Made by a program: the position numbers and the translations under genes. Below the pieces are notes generated by a model. It was not told the DNA's origin. It saw nothing but the letters and a program-made list of their open reading frames with translations, and ran no database searches. From Basidiobolus meristosporus CBS 931.73 (Eukaryota; Fungi; Basidiobolomycota), in contig MCFE01000288.1 of the NCBI GenBank assembly GCA_002104905.1, positions 1 through 64,000 on the forward strand: DNA of 64,000 nucleotides. The letters are read 5' to 3'. How positions within the stretch are numbered: position 1 is the first letter of the stretch; each line of letters opens with the position of its first letter. Below are positions 36,477 to 49,143 of this stretch, one piece after another.

Positions 36477-37581
36477 AGTTACTACTTAGGGATAAAGCTC
36501 TCCATAGGTAAAGGTAGCCAGGCTATCACCCTAAGCCAATCCAAGTATATTCAAGATATACTGAAGAAGCACCAACTGGAAGACTGTAAACCAGCAGCTA
36601 TGCCGATAGAGACAAGCCTTAATTTGGTCAAAGCCCAGTCAAATTAAGAGAGCTTGGTACCATCTGAAAGCACTGACTTTGCTTATTAATATATAATTGG
36701 CAGACTGATGTATATCATGCTGGGAACATGTCCAGAGATCTCATATTCAGTGGGAGCTGTCAGCCATCATAATCTGATTGTTGAATCTGATCAAATTGCA
36801 GTAGTTGTGCTGATTTTTAGTTACCTAAACAGATCTACAGATATCTGCTTAAGATACACTTATTAGGACTTAGAACAGGATCTTGTGGGATACTCTAATG
36901 CTTATTGGGGAAGAAATTTAGAAGACAGAAGATCCACCACATAATACACCTTTCTTTACTGTAAAGGAGTAATTTCACAATATTCAAGAAAGCAACCAAC
37001 TGTAGCACTTTCTACCACAGAGGCAGAGTATATGGCAGCCTGTAAGGCTATAAAAAAAGCAATGTGGATAAGGAAACTTTCCAAAGATTTAGGCTTATGT
37101 CAAATAACACCTATCACTTTATTTCAAGGTAATTAAGAATTCATACAATTAGGTAAATATCTAACTTCTCATACTAGAACTATGCTCATATATATTAGCT
37201 ACTATTACATATGTGAGGCTTTTGAGAATAACTTAGTTAATCTAGCTTACTGTAATACAGATGAATGATTGCAGACTTAGTTACTTAGATCATTACCTTC
37301 AAATCCTAGAGAATACTGGCCAAAATCCTTGTTGGCATTTACTTGGAGTACTTTCACCAATACATCAGGTATTCAGATCATGAAAAGTCTCAAGTTGTCC
37401 AAACAGCCTGACAATTTGCACACATGTTCTTGGGACCTTCCTAAGCCTATTTTGTGTTTGTCATGCCACAACCATGTAAAAGTATAAGCACTACATTTAG
37501 ATTCAATTAATCATGGAGTATAAATCACACAATCTACTTGTTGTCCCAATCACATTTAATATCTCCAAGACTCTAACAACA
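36477..37581 (+). mobile_element. Ty1/copia family A fragment: RT end, RNase H, partial 3' LTR
   Basis: SYYLGIKLSI..LSQSKYIQDILKK, RKQPTVALSTTEAEY; LTR piece ending CTCTAACAACA. Interrupted on the left by H3. Confidence 0.88.
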
Positions 37582-37677
37582 CAATTGATATCCCAGGTGG
37601 AGAAAGTAGTATCTTTGCTGTAAGGAAGAAACTCAAGTAACTCAATGTCACAGCCAAAAATTTGAGCCATTTACTGT

Positions 37678-39110
37678 TGTAATAGCAGAGGAACACTGTA
37701 GAGTCTTTTAAGCAGAGCAAGTGTGCCCAAAGATTAAGCCTAAAGAGAAACCTATCATAGCATGGGAGGGAGAAGATGTAGTGTTCTTACAGAAGCCTAA
37801 AAATCAAATGACATTGACAATCCATGAAGCTATCGAGTGCAATGATGAATGGTGGGCTAATATTCAAGAGGCTGATAGAAGTCTAGCACTCCAACACCTT
37901 AACATCAGTATATCATGGGACCATCAGGTACTCAAGGCCAAGCAGAATGGGCTTGAATTGTTCCATGAGCATTATCCTGGATTCAAACCAGCAAACAAAT
38001 TTTAGGCCAGCATTAGTTTGCTAGAAGTTTTTTTCAAGAGTAGGAGAAACTATTATAGGCAGAAGAACAAGGGGGCAATGGTTAAGAACCAGCAGCTTCT
38101 TCAGGAGACTACTTTCAGTAGGATCAACAGGCCTAAACAAGCGTCAAAGCAACATCAGATAGCTGGCAGAGTGCCATCAAAGGATAAGCTGGCAGACACA
38201 GCTGCACCAGCTGAACACTTATCAAGGAAAAGGTGTAGTTACACACAAAAAGCACTCAGTCAAAGTAATAGTGAAGGACCTGGCAGTGATAAAAAACAGT
38301 GGCTACATCAGGAGCCAACCACAGCATGGGCTGAAAGATCATCACAAGTGGGGAAAAGCAGCAGATTGCCTGCAGAGTACCAGTAAGGGACAAGCAGGCT
38401 AAAACAGATGCTTCACAGCAGCTTTTATCAAGGAGAAAAGGTAGGTCTTTATAGGCAGCACTTAAGCAAAGTAGCAGTGAAAGACCCAGTAGTGATAAAG
38501 GAAAGGTAAATGAACTACCCAAGCCAGAAACAGGTGGGCATGAGAAAGAAGGTGCAATTCTTGCCAATTAGTGCTGTAAGCCTGGAACAGACTCAATCTC
38601 ATCAAAGCCAAGAAGAACTATCAACAAGAAAACAGCTGTTTCTGATGAGTTGGAAGCACAGCCAGTTAAGCTTCAGTCCAGTGGGGTAGATGAGATTGCA
38701 GAGAAAGGCAATTTGTCTACCTTGGTCTCCATGACCTCCATTGTGGACAAAGTGGAGATCCCACTGTCAAGAAAGTAATAACGTCAAGAACTCAAAAGGT
38801 AAATACTGTGCCTTCAGTAGTATTTTGGAACATTACTAGGCACACAAAGAGGTTGCAGCACTTCTTCAAACTCAGTGCTCAAGAAAACGTACTTGAATAT
38901 TGAAAGCATTTATTGCAAAGACTGGCAGATGAGTTGCTAGATCTTGCAGTGCCAGCTCAAGACCAGGACATATGGGAACCAGTGAGTAAACAGTGCCATA
39001 ATACCTTAGGGCTCACACCAAAGTCATGGAAACAGAGCAATACAGCCAAAATACATATTGAGTGGTAAATTTTAATGGAGCTACTTGTTCAGTGTTGGGT
39101 TGTGCTTAAT
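37678..39110 (+). pseudogene. Decayed ORF of unknown function, about 460 codons
   Basis: ORFs 37721..38005 and 38018..38386 share a frame that continues, with scattered stops, to about 39110. Internal repeat about 38210..38295 / about 38405..38500. The 5' part is duplicated at 39521..39620. Confidence 0.5.
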
Positions 39111-39619
39111 GTTAGTGAAGGATGCAGAGACTTATGTAGGTTGCTTCAATTGGCAATTGAGGTACAACTGAAGTTTTGATGGAAATAAATCAATTTGTGT
39201 GCCTGAGAAGTAAGAGATATGGATGAGTCAGGAAGTAAGGAGTGTGAAAAAGAGCAATAGCCAACCAATGCACACACACCTAGGAGGTGATAGAGTGTCC
39301 AGGATCAGAAAGTGAGAAAAATAGCAGAGAACTAATCAAATTCACATTTGTATTGTTGTGATGAAAAGTCTTGACAAAGATTTTTGTGAAATCTGGGGTG
39401 CAATTATTTTTTAACAGTCTTTACGCAGTGTCCTAATGAGATCAATACCTCTAAGTCACAGGACTTTATGTTTGTGACAGCCTTTTGTTTGCATTATCAC
39501 AATAATTTTCCATAGCGCAATGTAACAGCAGAGGAACTTTGTAAGCTTTTGAAGCACAACAACAGTGGCCAAAGATAAAGCCCCAAGAGAAATCTATCAC
39601 ATCATAGAAGGGAAAGACT

Positions 39620-40105
39620 AGCTGTAAGAGTCTGGGGGATATTGGAAGTGATTGGGATGGTAAGTAAATTATGTGGCTTCCACTTAATGACATATTGAGT
39701 GTAAAAGTGGTATTCATACTTTTACATGGTTTTACATAACAAACACATAGTGTAGGCTTAGAAAGACCCCAAGAGCATGTTTGCAAAGTTTGGGGCTGTT
39801 TGGACCACTATAAGAACGTTCTTGTTTAGGGTACCTGGTATTTTGGTGTGAATATTCCAAGTAAATGCTTGGAAGGAATTTGGTTACAATTCTCTAAGAT
39901 TTGTAGGTAATAATCAAAGTGCCCAAGTTATGTGAATATTTGATTGGAGTGACAAACTATTGGAACACTCCTGCTTGACTAAATGCTCATACTGACTAGT
40001 CCTAATTTTGACCTACAATTTTCAGTTTTGTCTCTAGCCAAGGTTTGGTAAATATGTCTGCAATCATTTGACCTGTAGGACAGTAAGCTAAGATGACTGG
40101 GCCAT
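39620..40105 (-). mobile_element. Ty1/copia family A 3' end: LTR 39620..39967 and RNase H tail
   Basis: LTR similarity (TGTAAGAGTCT..GATATTGGAAGTGATTGG), then CTCCTGC PPT and a MIADIFTKPLARD-coding tail. Confidence 0.85.
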
Positions 40106-43100
40106 TATCTATGACTTTGTGAATTCAAAGATATGTAAAAGACTTGTTCCATTGTACTGTGCCAGGGTGTGCGGCGCAATCCACAGTCTCTAAGAACAAT
40201 TGGGCGCAATATAATATCTACCAGTAGGCAGGATTGCTGTTGGACAATTTTGCACCATGCGGGACATTCTTGCACACGATGGCACAATCAGACATAATAA
40301 GGTTGGCACGGATGATTGCACCAAATTGTAATGTTTGCATCACATGCGCAAGGGATACCGCTATTATGGTAGGTAAATCTGATAGTTGGATATGTTTCTT
40401 TAGTATAAACAGAAATAAATGCGTGTCACACTATAAGCTACACTGATACTCACCATTTTGGTTACTATCACTCCAATTGGATGGTATTGTTGCAATTTAA
40501 GAAGTGATTTGGATATAAGGAGCTTATTGAGCAATAGTGATAATATTTGAGCTGTTGTTTATTAATAAATAAGCTAAGTATTTATACATTTGTAGATGTA
40601 ATGCAGCTGTAACACTAAGTAAGGAGGGCTTCTCAATATTCAGGAGCATTCTGTAACAGTTTCAGGGTTAGTACATAATTGTCAGTATTAGTGCTAATTT
40701 GATTCTGACTATAGGGGAATAATCATAAGATCATAGATCTGAAGAAAGTAGCAAAGCTAGAGCTGTATGTTAGTCCCACAGTGGCAAAGACTAGTCCAGA
40801 ATTGCTAAGTGAATTTTTAGCTGCTGAGTGATACAAAATAGTCCAATATGTCAACACTCCCCTTCAACTAAATAATTTCCTAATCCTAATCCCTCCTTGA
40901 GATACTCAAACTGCAGCCTAGCTAGTGGTTTTGTCAATATATCTGCCACCACATTGTTAGTTGGGCAGTACACTAACTCTACTACATTATTTTCTACAGA
41001 TTCCCTCACAAAGTGATGCAGTATATCAATGTGCTTAGTTCTGGCATGATTAGTAGGATTTCTAGCTAATGAAACACAACTTTGATTATCCTTGTAAATG
41101 CATGTTGGCTCCTCTGAATCAAAACCCAAGTCTTTGTATAATTTGTGTAGCCATATAGCCTCCTTGGTTGCTTGACATGCAGCCATGTATTCTGCTAAAG
41201 TTGTAGATAGGGCCACAGTTGGTTGTTTCTTACAATACCAAGTATCAGCTGCACCAGCTTAAAGAAATGCATAGCCTGTGGTAGAGCGTCTGTCAATCAG
41301 ATCCCTGCCCCAATCTGAACTACTGTAACCATCAAATTTCTGCCTATTAGCTGCTCCAGAGTATTCCAGTACCATATTTATGGTACCTTGTAGATATCTG
41401 AAAATCTGCTTAACTGCTGCAATTTAATCTGATCCATAATTTGGCATGAATTAATTGACTATTCCAACCACCACTGCAATATCTGGACATGTAGACACCA
41501 TCAAGTACATTAGGCTGCCAACCATTGATTGATAGGGAAAGCTTTGGTCTGTATTTGAGCTGTTTTCATCTATACCTGGCTGAGATTTGCCAAATTTTAG
41601 ATTATTATATATAGGGGTAGCTGCAGGTTTGCAATTTTCCATTTTGAAGCATCTAATAATGTCCCTGATATCCCTAAACTGATTCAGCACAATTTTTGTG
41701 TAGGTATAGCAAACTTGACTTCAATTCCAAGATCTTTCATCTGAAACTTGCTGAAGAGATCTGGTTTTGCCTGTTTAAGTGCCTCTTGGTCACTTGTAGC
41801 TATAATTAGGTTGTTGACATAAAGAACTAGGATGATCACACCCTTTTTGAGCTGTTTCACATACCTACTGTGATCTGCTGTGCTACAAGAGAACCCAGTT
41901 TCCTCTAGATATGTGTCAATCTTGCTATACCATGCTCTAGGTGCCTGCTTAAGCCCATACAACAATTTTCTAAATTTGCACACCTTATGGGGGTCTTTTG
42001 GATCAGTGAAACCTTCTGGTTGCTCCATATATATATTTTCTTGCAAATACTCATTCAGAAAGGCTGTTTTAACGTTCATTTGGTGTAGATCTAGACTGTG
42101 TACCGCTGCCAAGGCTAGAACTGTCCTAATGGAGTTAAACTTGGCATCCAGAGCAAATGTTCCCTTAAACTGTAATCCCTGGATCTGGGAATAGCCTATG
42201 GTCACCAATCTAGCCTTGTACTTATCAACAGCACCATTTGAGGTTGTCTTAATCTTGAAGACCCATCTACATCCTATTGGCTTTCTCCCATTTGGTAAAT
42301 CTACCAGTTCCCATGTTTTTGCCTTGATCAGTGATTGGTACTCCTCCTGCACAGCTTGTTGACACATGGTAGCATCTGGACTTTGCATTGACTGTTCCAG
42401 ATTCTGAGGTTTGGCACATAAGGCAAGATAGACTTCTTCATGATCATTGGATGTCTGCCACCAGGATCCAGGGGCATTTCTTTTTGTGGTAGATCTCCTA
42501 ACTGGGAAAGTCTGTTCTGATCTGGAACTGTCAGAGGTATCTTCCGTATCTGGCTGAATTTGGTACGTATCTTCTTCATTAGTGTTGATTGCATCATCAG
42601 GTAGCTGGCCAATGATTTCTGTTGCTTTCTGATCAGAATTCTCCTCAAGTACAATGTTGCTGCTCTACATCAGCTTCTGAATTTTGCCATCATACACTCT
42701 ATACCCTTCAGTATCTTCACAATACCCAAGAAAGATCCCTTTCCTACTCTCTAGTTCCAATTTTGAGCATTTTTTGTCAGGGATGTGATAAAAAGCATCA
42801 CTGCTGAAGATCTTAAAGTGCTGGAGCTCTGGTTTTTTGCCTGTATATGCTTCAAAGGGTGTAGAGTCACGTAGTGCTGTTGTTGGGCATCTTTTCTTGA
42901 TGTGTACCCCAGTAGCAACAGATTCAGCCCAAAACCTGTAGTCCATTCCCTTATAATGTAGCATAGATCTTCCCATCTGTACTATTGTTCTATTTGCACG
43001 TACTGCTACTCCACTGTGCTGTGGAGTATGAGGAACTGTGGTCTGTTGAAGTATACCAGTAGACAAGCAGTGTTTTGCAAACTCCTTTGAACAGTATTCT

Positions 43101-44383
43101 CCTCCATTTGTCACTTTGAGGTACCCTCAATTTACACCCATTTGTGTTTGTGCCATGTTCTTGAAGTGCTTTAGCGTCTCTAAAGCTTCATCCTTTGTTT
43201 TGAGGAAGTACACCCATGAACATCTTATTTTGTCATCAATAAACAACCTCAAGTATCTCTTGGCTTCAAAGGACAGTGTTCTCATAGGGCCACATATTTC
43301 TGAGTGTACAATAGCCAACATTTTGGTGGTATTGATGCCTCTGAGCTCTTGAAACACTGCCTAGCTTGCTTGCTATATGAACATCCCTTACAAACACTCA
43401 ATTTGATCAGAGTTGAGTATTTTAGGCCCAAAACAAGCTAATTTTTCACCAGTTGGCTCATTATCTCTTACCAATGTGTCCTAGCCTCCTATGCCACATC
43501 TCCCAGTTGGTTTCATTAGTTTCAGCAATGTTGACATACTCAGGTACAATGATCTTGCATTGTAACTTGTATATGTTGTGATCTCTGATTCCCAAAGCTA
43601 AAATTTGTCCATATTTACTCAATATTAAGCAGCTCATCTTAGTAAAAGCAAATTTCAGTCCCCAAGCAGTTGCTTTGCCAACTGAGAGCAGGTTCTTAGC
43701 TATTCCAGGTACATAGAGTACATCAGTGAGTCTTGCTGTTGTTGCCCCTGAGCTATTGCTCATATTTAGCTGTATAGACCCACTGGCGGTAGCTTCCAGA
43801 GCAGAGTTATCTCCCAGATAAACCTTTCTTGCAGGAATAGTCTTTAAGTTGCTGAGCCACCCCTTTATACCACAAATATGTTGTGAGGCTCCAGAGTCAA
43901 TATACTGCTCATTACTTTGGTTACTTGCACTATCTTGGATGATTACAAATAACTGTTCATCAGTAGTTATATAGTATGCCTGGTCTGGTTTCTGTTTTTT
44001 GTCTGCTTGTTTCTTCTTGCATTCTCTTGCCCAGTGTCCTAGCTCTTCACAGTAGTAGCAGCAACCAGGTTTTATTTGGTTTTGCTGCTTCCCCTTCTTT
44101 ACTGAGTGTCCTTTCTGAACTGAATAAGACATTATCTTCAAGTTTCTCTGCTTTATCATTATGTCTGAGTGCTTCATGGAGAAGTCTTTCATTTGACATA
44201 AGACTTGTTCCGTTGGATAGTGCCACATAGTGCCAGCCGGTTTATGGTGCTGGATTGATCTGGCACTCTACGGCACTATCTTGCACTATAATTTCTACCA
44301 TGATGCCAGTGGTATGATACAGTAACTGGTAATTTTACTCAATCTTACTTATGTTGCTCAGAATAGTGCTTTCCTTGCTTTAT

Positions 44384-45268
44384 TTACTCTTCATAATGCT
44401 CCAGACACATTTCTCTCAGTGGATGTCTTCTTGTATGAACATACTGTGCATTAATAAGTATCTTAACTATTTTACCTATTCTGCTGTTTTCTCCTATATA
44501 TGACTTTCCTCTGTATTTACCTGCCAATATGCTGAATCTCTTCAGATATCCAAATGTGTGCTCTACCCTTACTCTGAAATGATTAAATATCTCATTGTAG
44601 AGCTTCTGCTTTCTGCTAAGCACACCATTACTTGGCTTCCTATAAGCTGTAATACATCCTGATCTCTGACAATCCTCTCCTATATAGGCTAAGTTTCCCA
44701 TACATTTCTCCCCTCTACTGAATTCTGGATGATTCTCTACCCAGAGTGCTTTGTCATGCCTACTTCCAGCAAATGGCCCACTAAACCAGATGATGTTACC
44801 ATTGATGTCAAACAGTGCTTGAAACTTCACACAGTGTGCCTTGTACTTGCCAGAATAAAAGTGCCTCTGCCCTCTAGAAGGTCTGTTAATCCTCACTGGG
44901 AAGGTATCCAAAATACTCCTGATGTGGAACCTGTTGCTGAGCACTCTGGGATATGGAAGTCTATTGGGGCTTCTGAACCTAGTATTCCAAGCTTGCTCTA
45001 AGTCATTCATACCCTCTGCAAGGTGGTTCTCCATTGCTGTCAGCTGGGAACAAAAGCTTCTGGGACTTTTTTTGCCATGGATGGTGGGATGAAACCTTGT
45101 AGGGCAATAGTTCTTGTAATAGCAGAGAAGCTTGACAAGGGATCTCCTTGAGTAGATTGGGGTTGATGGTCCACAGTACTTGGAATAGATCTCCTCTAGT
45201 GTGTCAAAAGGAAATCCAGTGGTAGTGATGGGATTGATGAGAAAAGACCATTCAGATGAGTAAGTCAT
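44384..45268 (-). CDS. DDE_Tnp_4-type (IS5/PHIS) transposase, 294 aa, open frame
   Basis: ILDTFPVRINRPS, YSGKYKAHCVKFQ, GPFAGSRHD, MGNLAY (MADLAY in H3 and H4, so this conserved Asp is mutated to Asn), RVRVEHTFGYLK. Confidence 0.88.
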   Translation of the reverse strand: MTYSSEWSFLINPITTTGFPFDTLEEIYSKYCGPSTPIYSRRSLVKLLCYYKNYCPTRFHPTIHGKKSPRSFCSQLTAMENHLAEGMNDLEQAWNTRFRSPNRLPYPRVLSNRFHIRSILDTFPVRINRPSRGQRHFYSGKYKAHCVKFQALFDINGNIIWFSGPFAGSRHDKALWVENHPEFSRGEKCMGNLAYIGEDCQRSGCITAYRKPSNGVLSRKQKLYNEIFNHFRVRVEHTFGYLKRFSILAGKYRGKSYIGENSRIGKIVKILINAQYVHTRRHPLREMCLEHYEE

Positions 45269-45627
45269 ATTAAAATTGATGGATGATTGTATGGAGGCGG
45301 TTTGAATTGATTTGGCGCGATCTGCGTTATTTATCTGATTTTTAATATATTATGGTTAAATCTCCATCAATTGCCATGCATCCCATCATTATGTCGCAAA
45401 AATCATCCGCAAACAATGCCTTGGTACTTTTATTGATGCTTTAATCATAGGTCTATAATCAAATAGGAAATCTGCAATTGATGTGATCTGATCCGTGTCA
45501 ACGCAATCCAAGATGCATAATGCATAATATATGGAAAATTCAACAATCACATTAGTTTTCATATATATTTCATATAAGACCAGTTTGATGCCAATATACT
45601 GCTGTATAAGTATCCAAATCTGTTGCT

Positions 45628-46875
45628 ATGGTCCCCATACCAAGCCTCAACTCATCTTTAGTACAACCCAGACAAAACCCATCCCCCAGCTCACAAGCGC
45701 GGTCCGGACCAAAAAAGTAGAAGTTGGATCCGTTTGAGTTCTTGCCAAATGATTTTAGTATGGCCCAAGTGTCTATGATGAGCCTTCATATAGATATTTA
45801 AGCACTACTGATTAATCGAGCAGAACTAGATACCTCAGAGTGTTGACAAAGATGGAAGAGTTTGAGTAGAAAGCTGTGGCATAAGTTCTACATCAAGATG
45901 CCAGCCAATGTATGTAAAAAGACATATAACAAGACAAGTATTGAAATCAAGAATGAGCTGAGAGTGAGGGGATTTGACAAAGAAGCCGTGCGGGAACAAT
46001 TTTGCGCGCAATTTGCAGAGTACAGGCCGGACGCGTCCGTTTGTGCCTCAACTTTGAGAACCAAAGAGATTTTGAAAGAGTTTTTGCCTCAAATGACTAA
46101 TGTTCTACATGATATATTAGTTGAGCTAAGTGGCCTCCAAGAGCAATATACACAGGACTCATCCAGGCAACACCTCCAAAGTATCAGACAGAGGGTAAGT
46201 GAATACATTGATGAATCAGATGGTGAGCTTCAGGAGGAAGAATACAGACCGCAAGTAACATTGTCCAGATTGGGCCAGCACGCCTTGCTGGATTCCCTAC
46301 CATCTCTTGCAACCACAGCGCGCTGGTGCACATCAGTCCAGACCACGCCAACACCCTTTACTAGAATGCCCTGCATCAAGTCAATGCGCATTGAGTCAAC
46401 GCGCACGCTTCAGAGCAAAACTACAAGAACTTGCCAAGCTGCTCATTTAGATACAAGTTCATTGGAGCGGACCAAGTTGCGTCAACATGCAGCACCACAT
46501 CAAACTCAGCCAAGGGCCATCTCAACGCATCAAGGCGCACCTGCGTGTGCTGTTTTGCCTGACCATCAGCAAGTTACTTCTGGTGAACTGACTGATGATG
46601 ACCAACATGAAGTGCCTCAACCACCGGAGCCCTTAGCAAATAAAAGAACATGCCAGCGCGTGGCACTACAGGCCGGTCCAGTTGGTTCAGTGGGAGCAAT
46701 TCAGCATGGCCAAGCTGCAGCATTGCACTCATCAATTAGGAGGCAAAATACTGACTACAAATACACAAGTAGCCAAGATGATAGTCAGCCAGGAAGTAGT
46801 ATAGGTGTGCAAAGTGAGTCACTACCAAATGCTTCAGTAGTAATCCCTGTGAGAAAAAAACCCAGGAGAAGATGA
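45628..46875 (+). pseudogene. PHIS ORF2, putative Myb/SANT(MADF)-like DNA-binding protein, about 415 codons with 3 stops in the 5' part
   Basis: ATG 45628 is in frame with ORF 45862..46875. The consensus with H3/H4 gives IWALLINPAELDTSECxQRWKNLxRKLW, similar to MADF W..I.......EC..RWKNL. The C-terminus is low complexity. Confidence 0.6.
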
Positions 46876-48411
46876 TGCAATTGCTTTGAATTGCTCACAT
46901 TTGTAATGATCCCAACAACCCTTTTTTTTTGCAATCCAAATCAAGCCATTGCAAATCAGTGATCATCAAATTTTTGATATAAATAATATCAAGGTTGTCT
47001 CACATTTGAGACAGAACTCCTATAAATAAACACCCTGCATATATATACGTCATCTGTAATACCAGTGCAGCTATTGGATCTGTTTTGCACCTACATGATT
47101 GCTTGCGTGCTAGCTATGACACATTGTCCAATCACTAGGATCAGGGATTTACTTGCTCAATGGGCAAAATGGGATATTTGATGGCAAATCAGGTAGCTTT
47201 TTCAGTAGTCAATGAGCCAATTGGGGGCTGCCAGCTTCAGGATACTTTTAGACCAATTAACCACTGAGATACCATCCAATTGGAGTGAGGGTAACCAAAA
47301 TGGTAAGTATCAGTGTATTTTTTATAGTGTGATACACATTTATTTCCATTTGCATTATTTCCATTTACATTAAAGAAACATATCCAAATACCAAATTTTA
47401 CCTGCCATAATAGCGGTATCCAATTGCGCACATGATGCAAACATTACAAGTTGGCGCAATCATCCGTGCCAACCTCTTTGTGACAGATTGTGCCATAGTG
47501 TGCGAGATTGTCCTGCATAGTGCAAAATCTTCCAAGAATGATCCTGCCTTATGATAGCTATAATATTGCGCCCAATTGTTCTTTACAACCGTGGATTGCG
47601 CCACGCACCCTGGCATGGTACAATGGAACAAGTCTATAGTCTGAAGTCAAATTGTCTTCTCTGCTTTCAAAATAAAGTATGAGTGGCTCATACGCATCTG
47701 GTAGGCAGCAAAGCACACAGAGTAGCTTTTCTTCTTCATCTACACCAGCATTAATACTGTAAAGCTCTTCTGCAAGTGTCTCCATTCTGGTAATGAGTTG
47801 TAGCATGTCATCATCTGGCTTCTTCCTCATGTTGAAGAACTTTTGTTTTAAATAAAGCTTGCTTGATACTGACTTTGCTCTAAAGATCTTCTCTAAAGAT
47901 TCCCATGCAGCTTTGGCAGTACTTGAGGTATGGATTTGTCCAATGAAGGAATCTTGCACATTGATACATGTGACATTAAAGGCGTTTCTCTCCTTCTCTT
48001 GAAACTTCTCCACTTCTTCTGCGGTTCCTTTGGGCTCAACTTCTTTTCCTGTTACTATATTCCAAAGCTCCCTTTCCTTAAGATGGATATCCCTCTTGAT
48101 TCTCCAAAGTCTGTAGTCCTTTCCCCCAAACCTCTCCTTTACAGGGAAGATGTTTGTGTTGTTCTGTTTGCTGGTAAAATTCACCTTTAGAATAAATCAA
48201 AGCAATTGGGGCTCATAACCAGTTTCAACTTAAGAAGTCATTTGCATATAAGGAACTTATCAAGATATAGTGATAATAGTTGAGCTGTTGTTTATTAATA
48301 AAGAAGCTCAATTTAATACCTTTGTAAGAGTAATACAGCTGTTACACTAAGTATGGAGGGCTTTGCAATATTCAGGAGCATTCTGTAGCAGTTTCACAGT
48401 TAGTACATAAT

Positions 48412-49143
48412 AAACTTGTTCTGTTGGATAGTGCCACATTGAGCCATGAATGCCAAATGATGTCATAGTGTGCCAGAGTGACCAAGTGAGCCTATACTTG
48501 GCCACAGAGTGTGAAACATAGATCTGCATCTTCATGCAAAGAATCCCCTGTGTTTCACCAATGATGCAGGAGAAAATCCATTTTTTGATGTTTTTTTGTG
48601 GATTAATATTGTGCAGGATGTGCAAGAGCACTAAAGGATTAAAGATATACATCTGGTACTCAATACCCATGGCACTCTGAATCTTGCTCTTGTGGGTTGT
48701 AACATGTCACAAAAATGCATTGCACTATCTTGGTCCACTGGTGCTATCTGGCACTATAAGTGTTTTTATTGTTCTTACTTTAGGGCTAATATTTAAATAT
48801 AGTGCCAGATAGTGCCAGTGGACCAAGATGGTGCCATGCATTTTTGTGACATGTTACAAGCCACAGGAGCTAGATTCAGAGTGCCATGGGTATTCAGTAC
48901 CAGATGCATATCTCCCATCCTCTAGTGCTCTTGCACATCCTGTACAACATTGACCTAAAAAAAAGGTCTAAAAATGGATTTTCTCCATCACAATGAGTGA
49001 GACATAGGGGCTGCTTTGCATGAAGATGCAGATCTGTGTTTCACACTCTGTGGCCAAGTGTAGGCTCACTTGGCCTCCCTGGCACACTATGGCATCATTT
49101 GGCACTCATGGCTCAATGTGGCACTATCCAACAGAACAAGTCT
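48412..49143. mobile_element. 732-bp foldback (palindromic) non-autonomous element with PHIS termini
   Basis: Arms 48412..48758 and 48798..49143 are inverted copies (about 90% identical by eye) with a 39-bp spacer. Both ends read A(G/A)ACTTGTTCTGTTGGATAGTGCCAC. TSD AAT (48409..48411, 49144..49146); a single AAT is present at this position in the other two B LTRs. Confidence 0.93.

Larger units (their letters stand above)
44201..47635. mobile_element. Complete PHIS (PIF/Harbinger-like) DNA transposon H5, 3435 bp
   Basis: TIRs AGACTTGTTCC(G/A)TTG. 3-bp TSD ATA (44198..44200, 47636..47638); the empty site GACATAGTCT is visible in copia-B copy 2 at about 59140. Two divergent ORFs. Confidence 0.93.
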
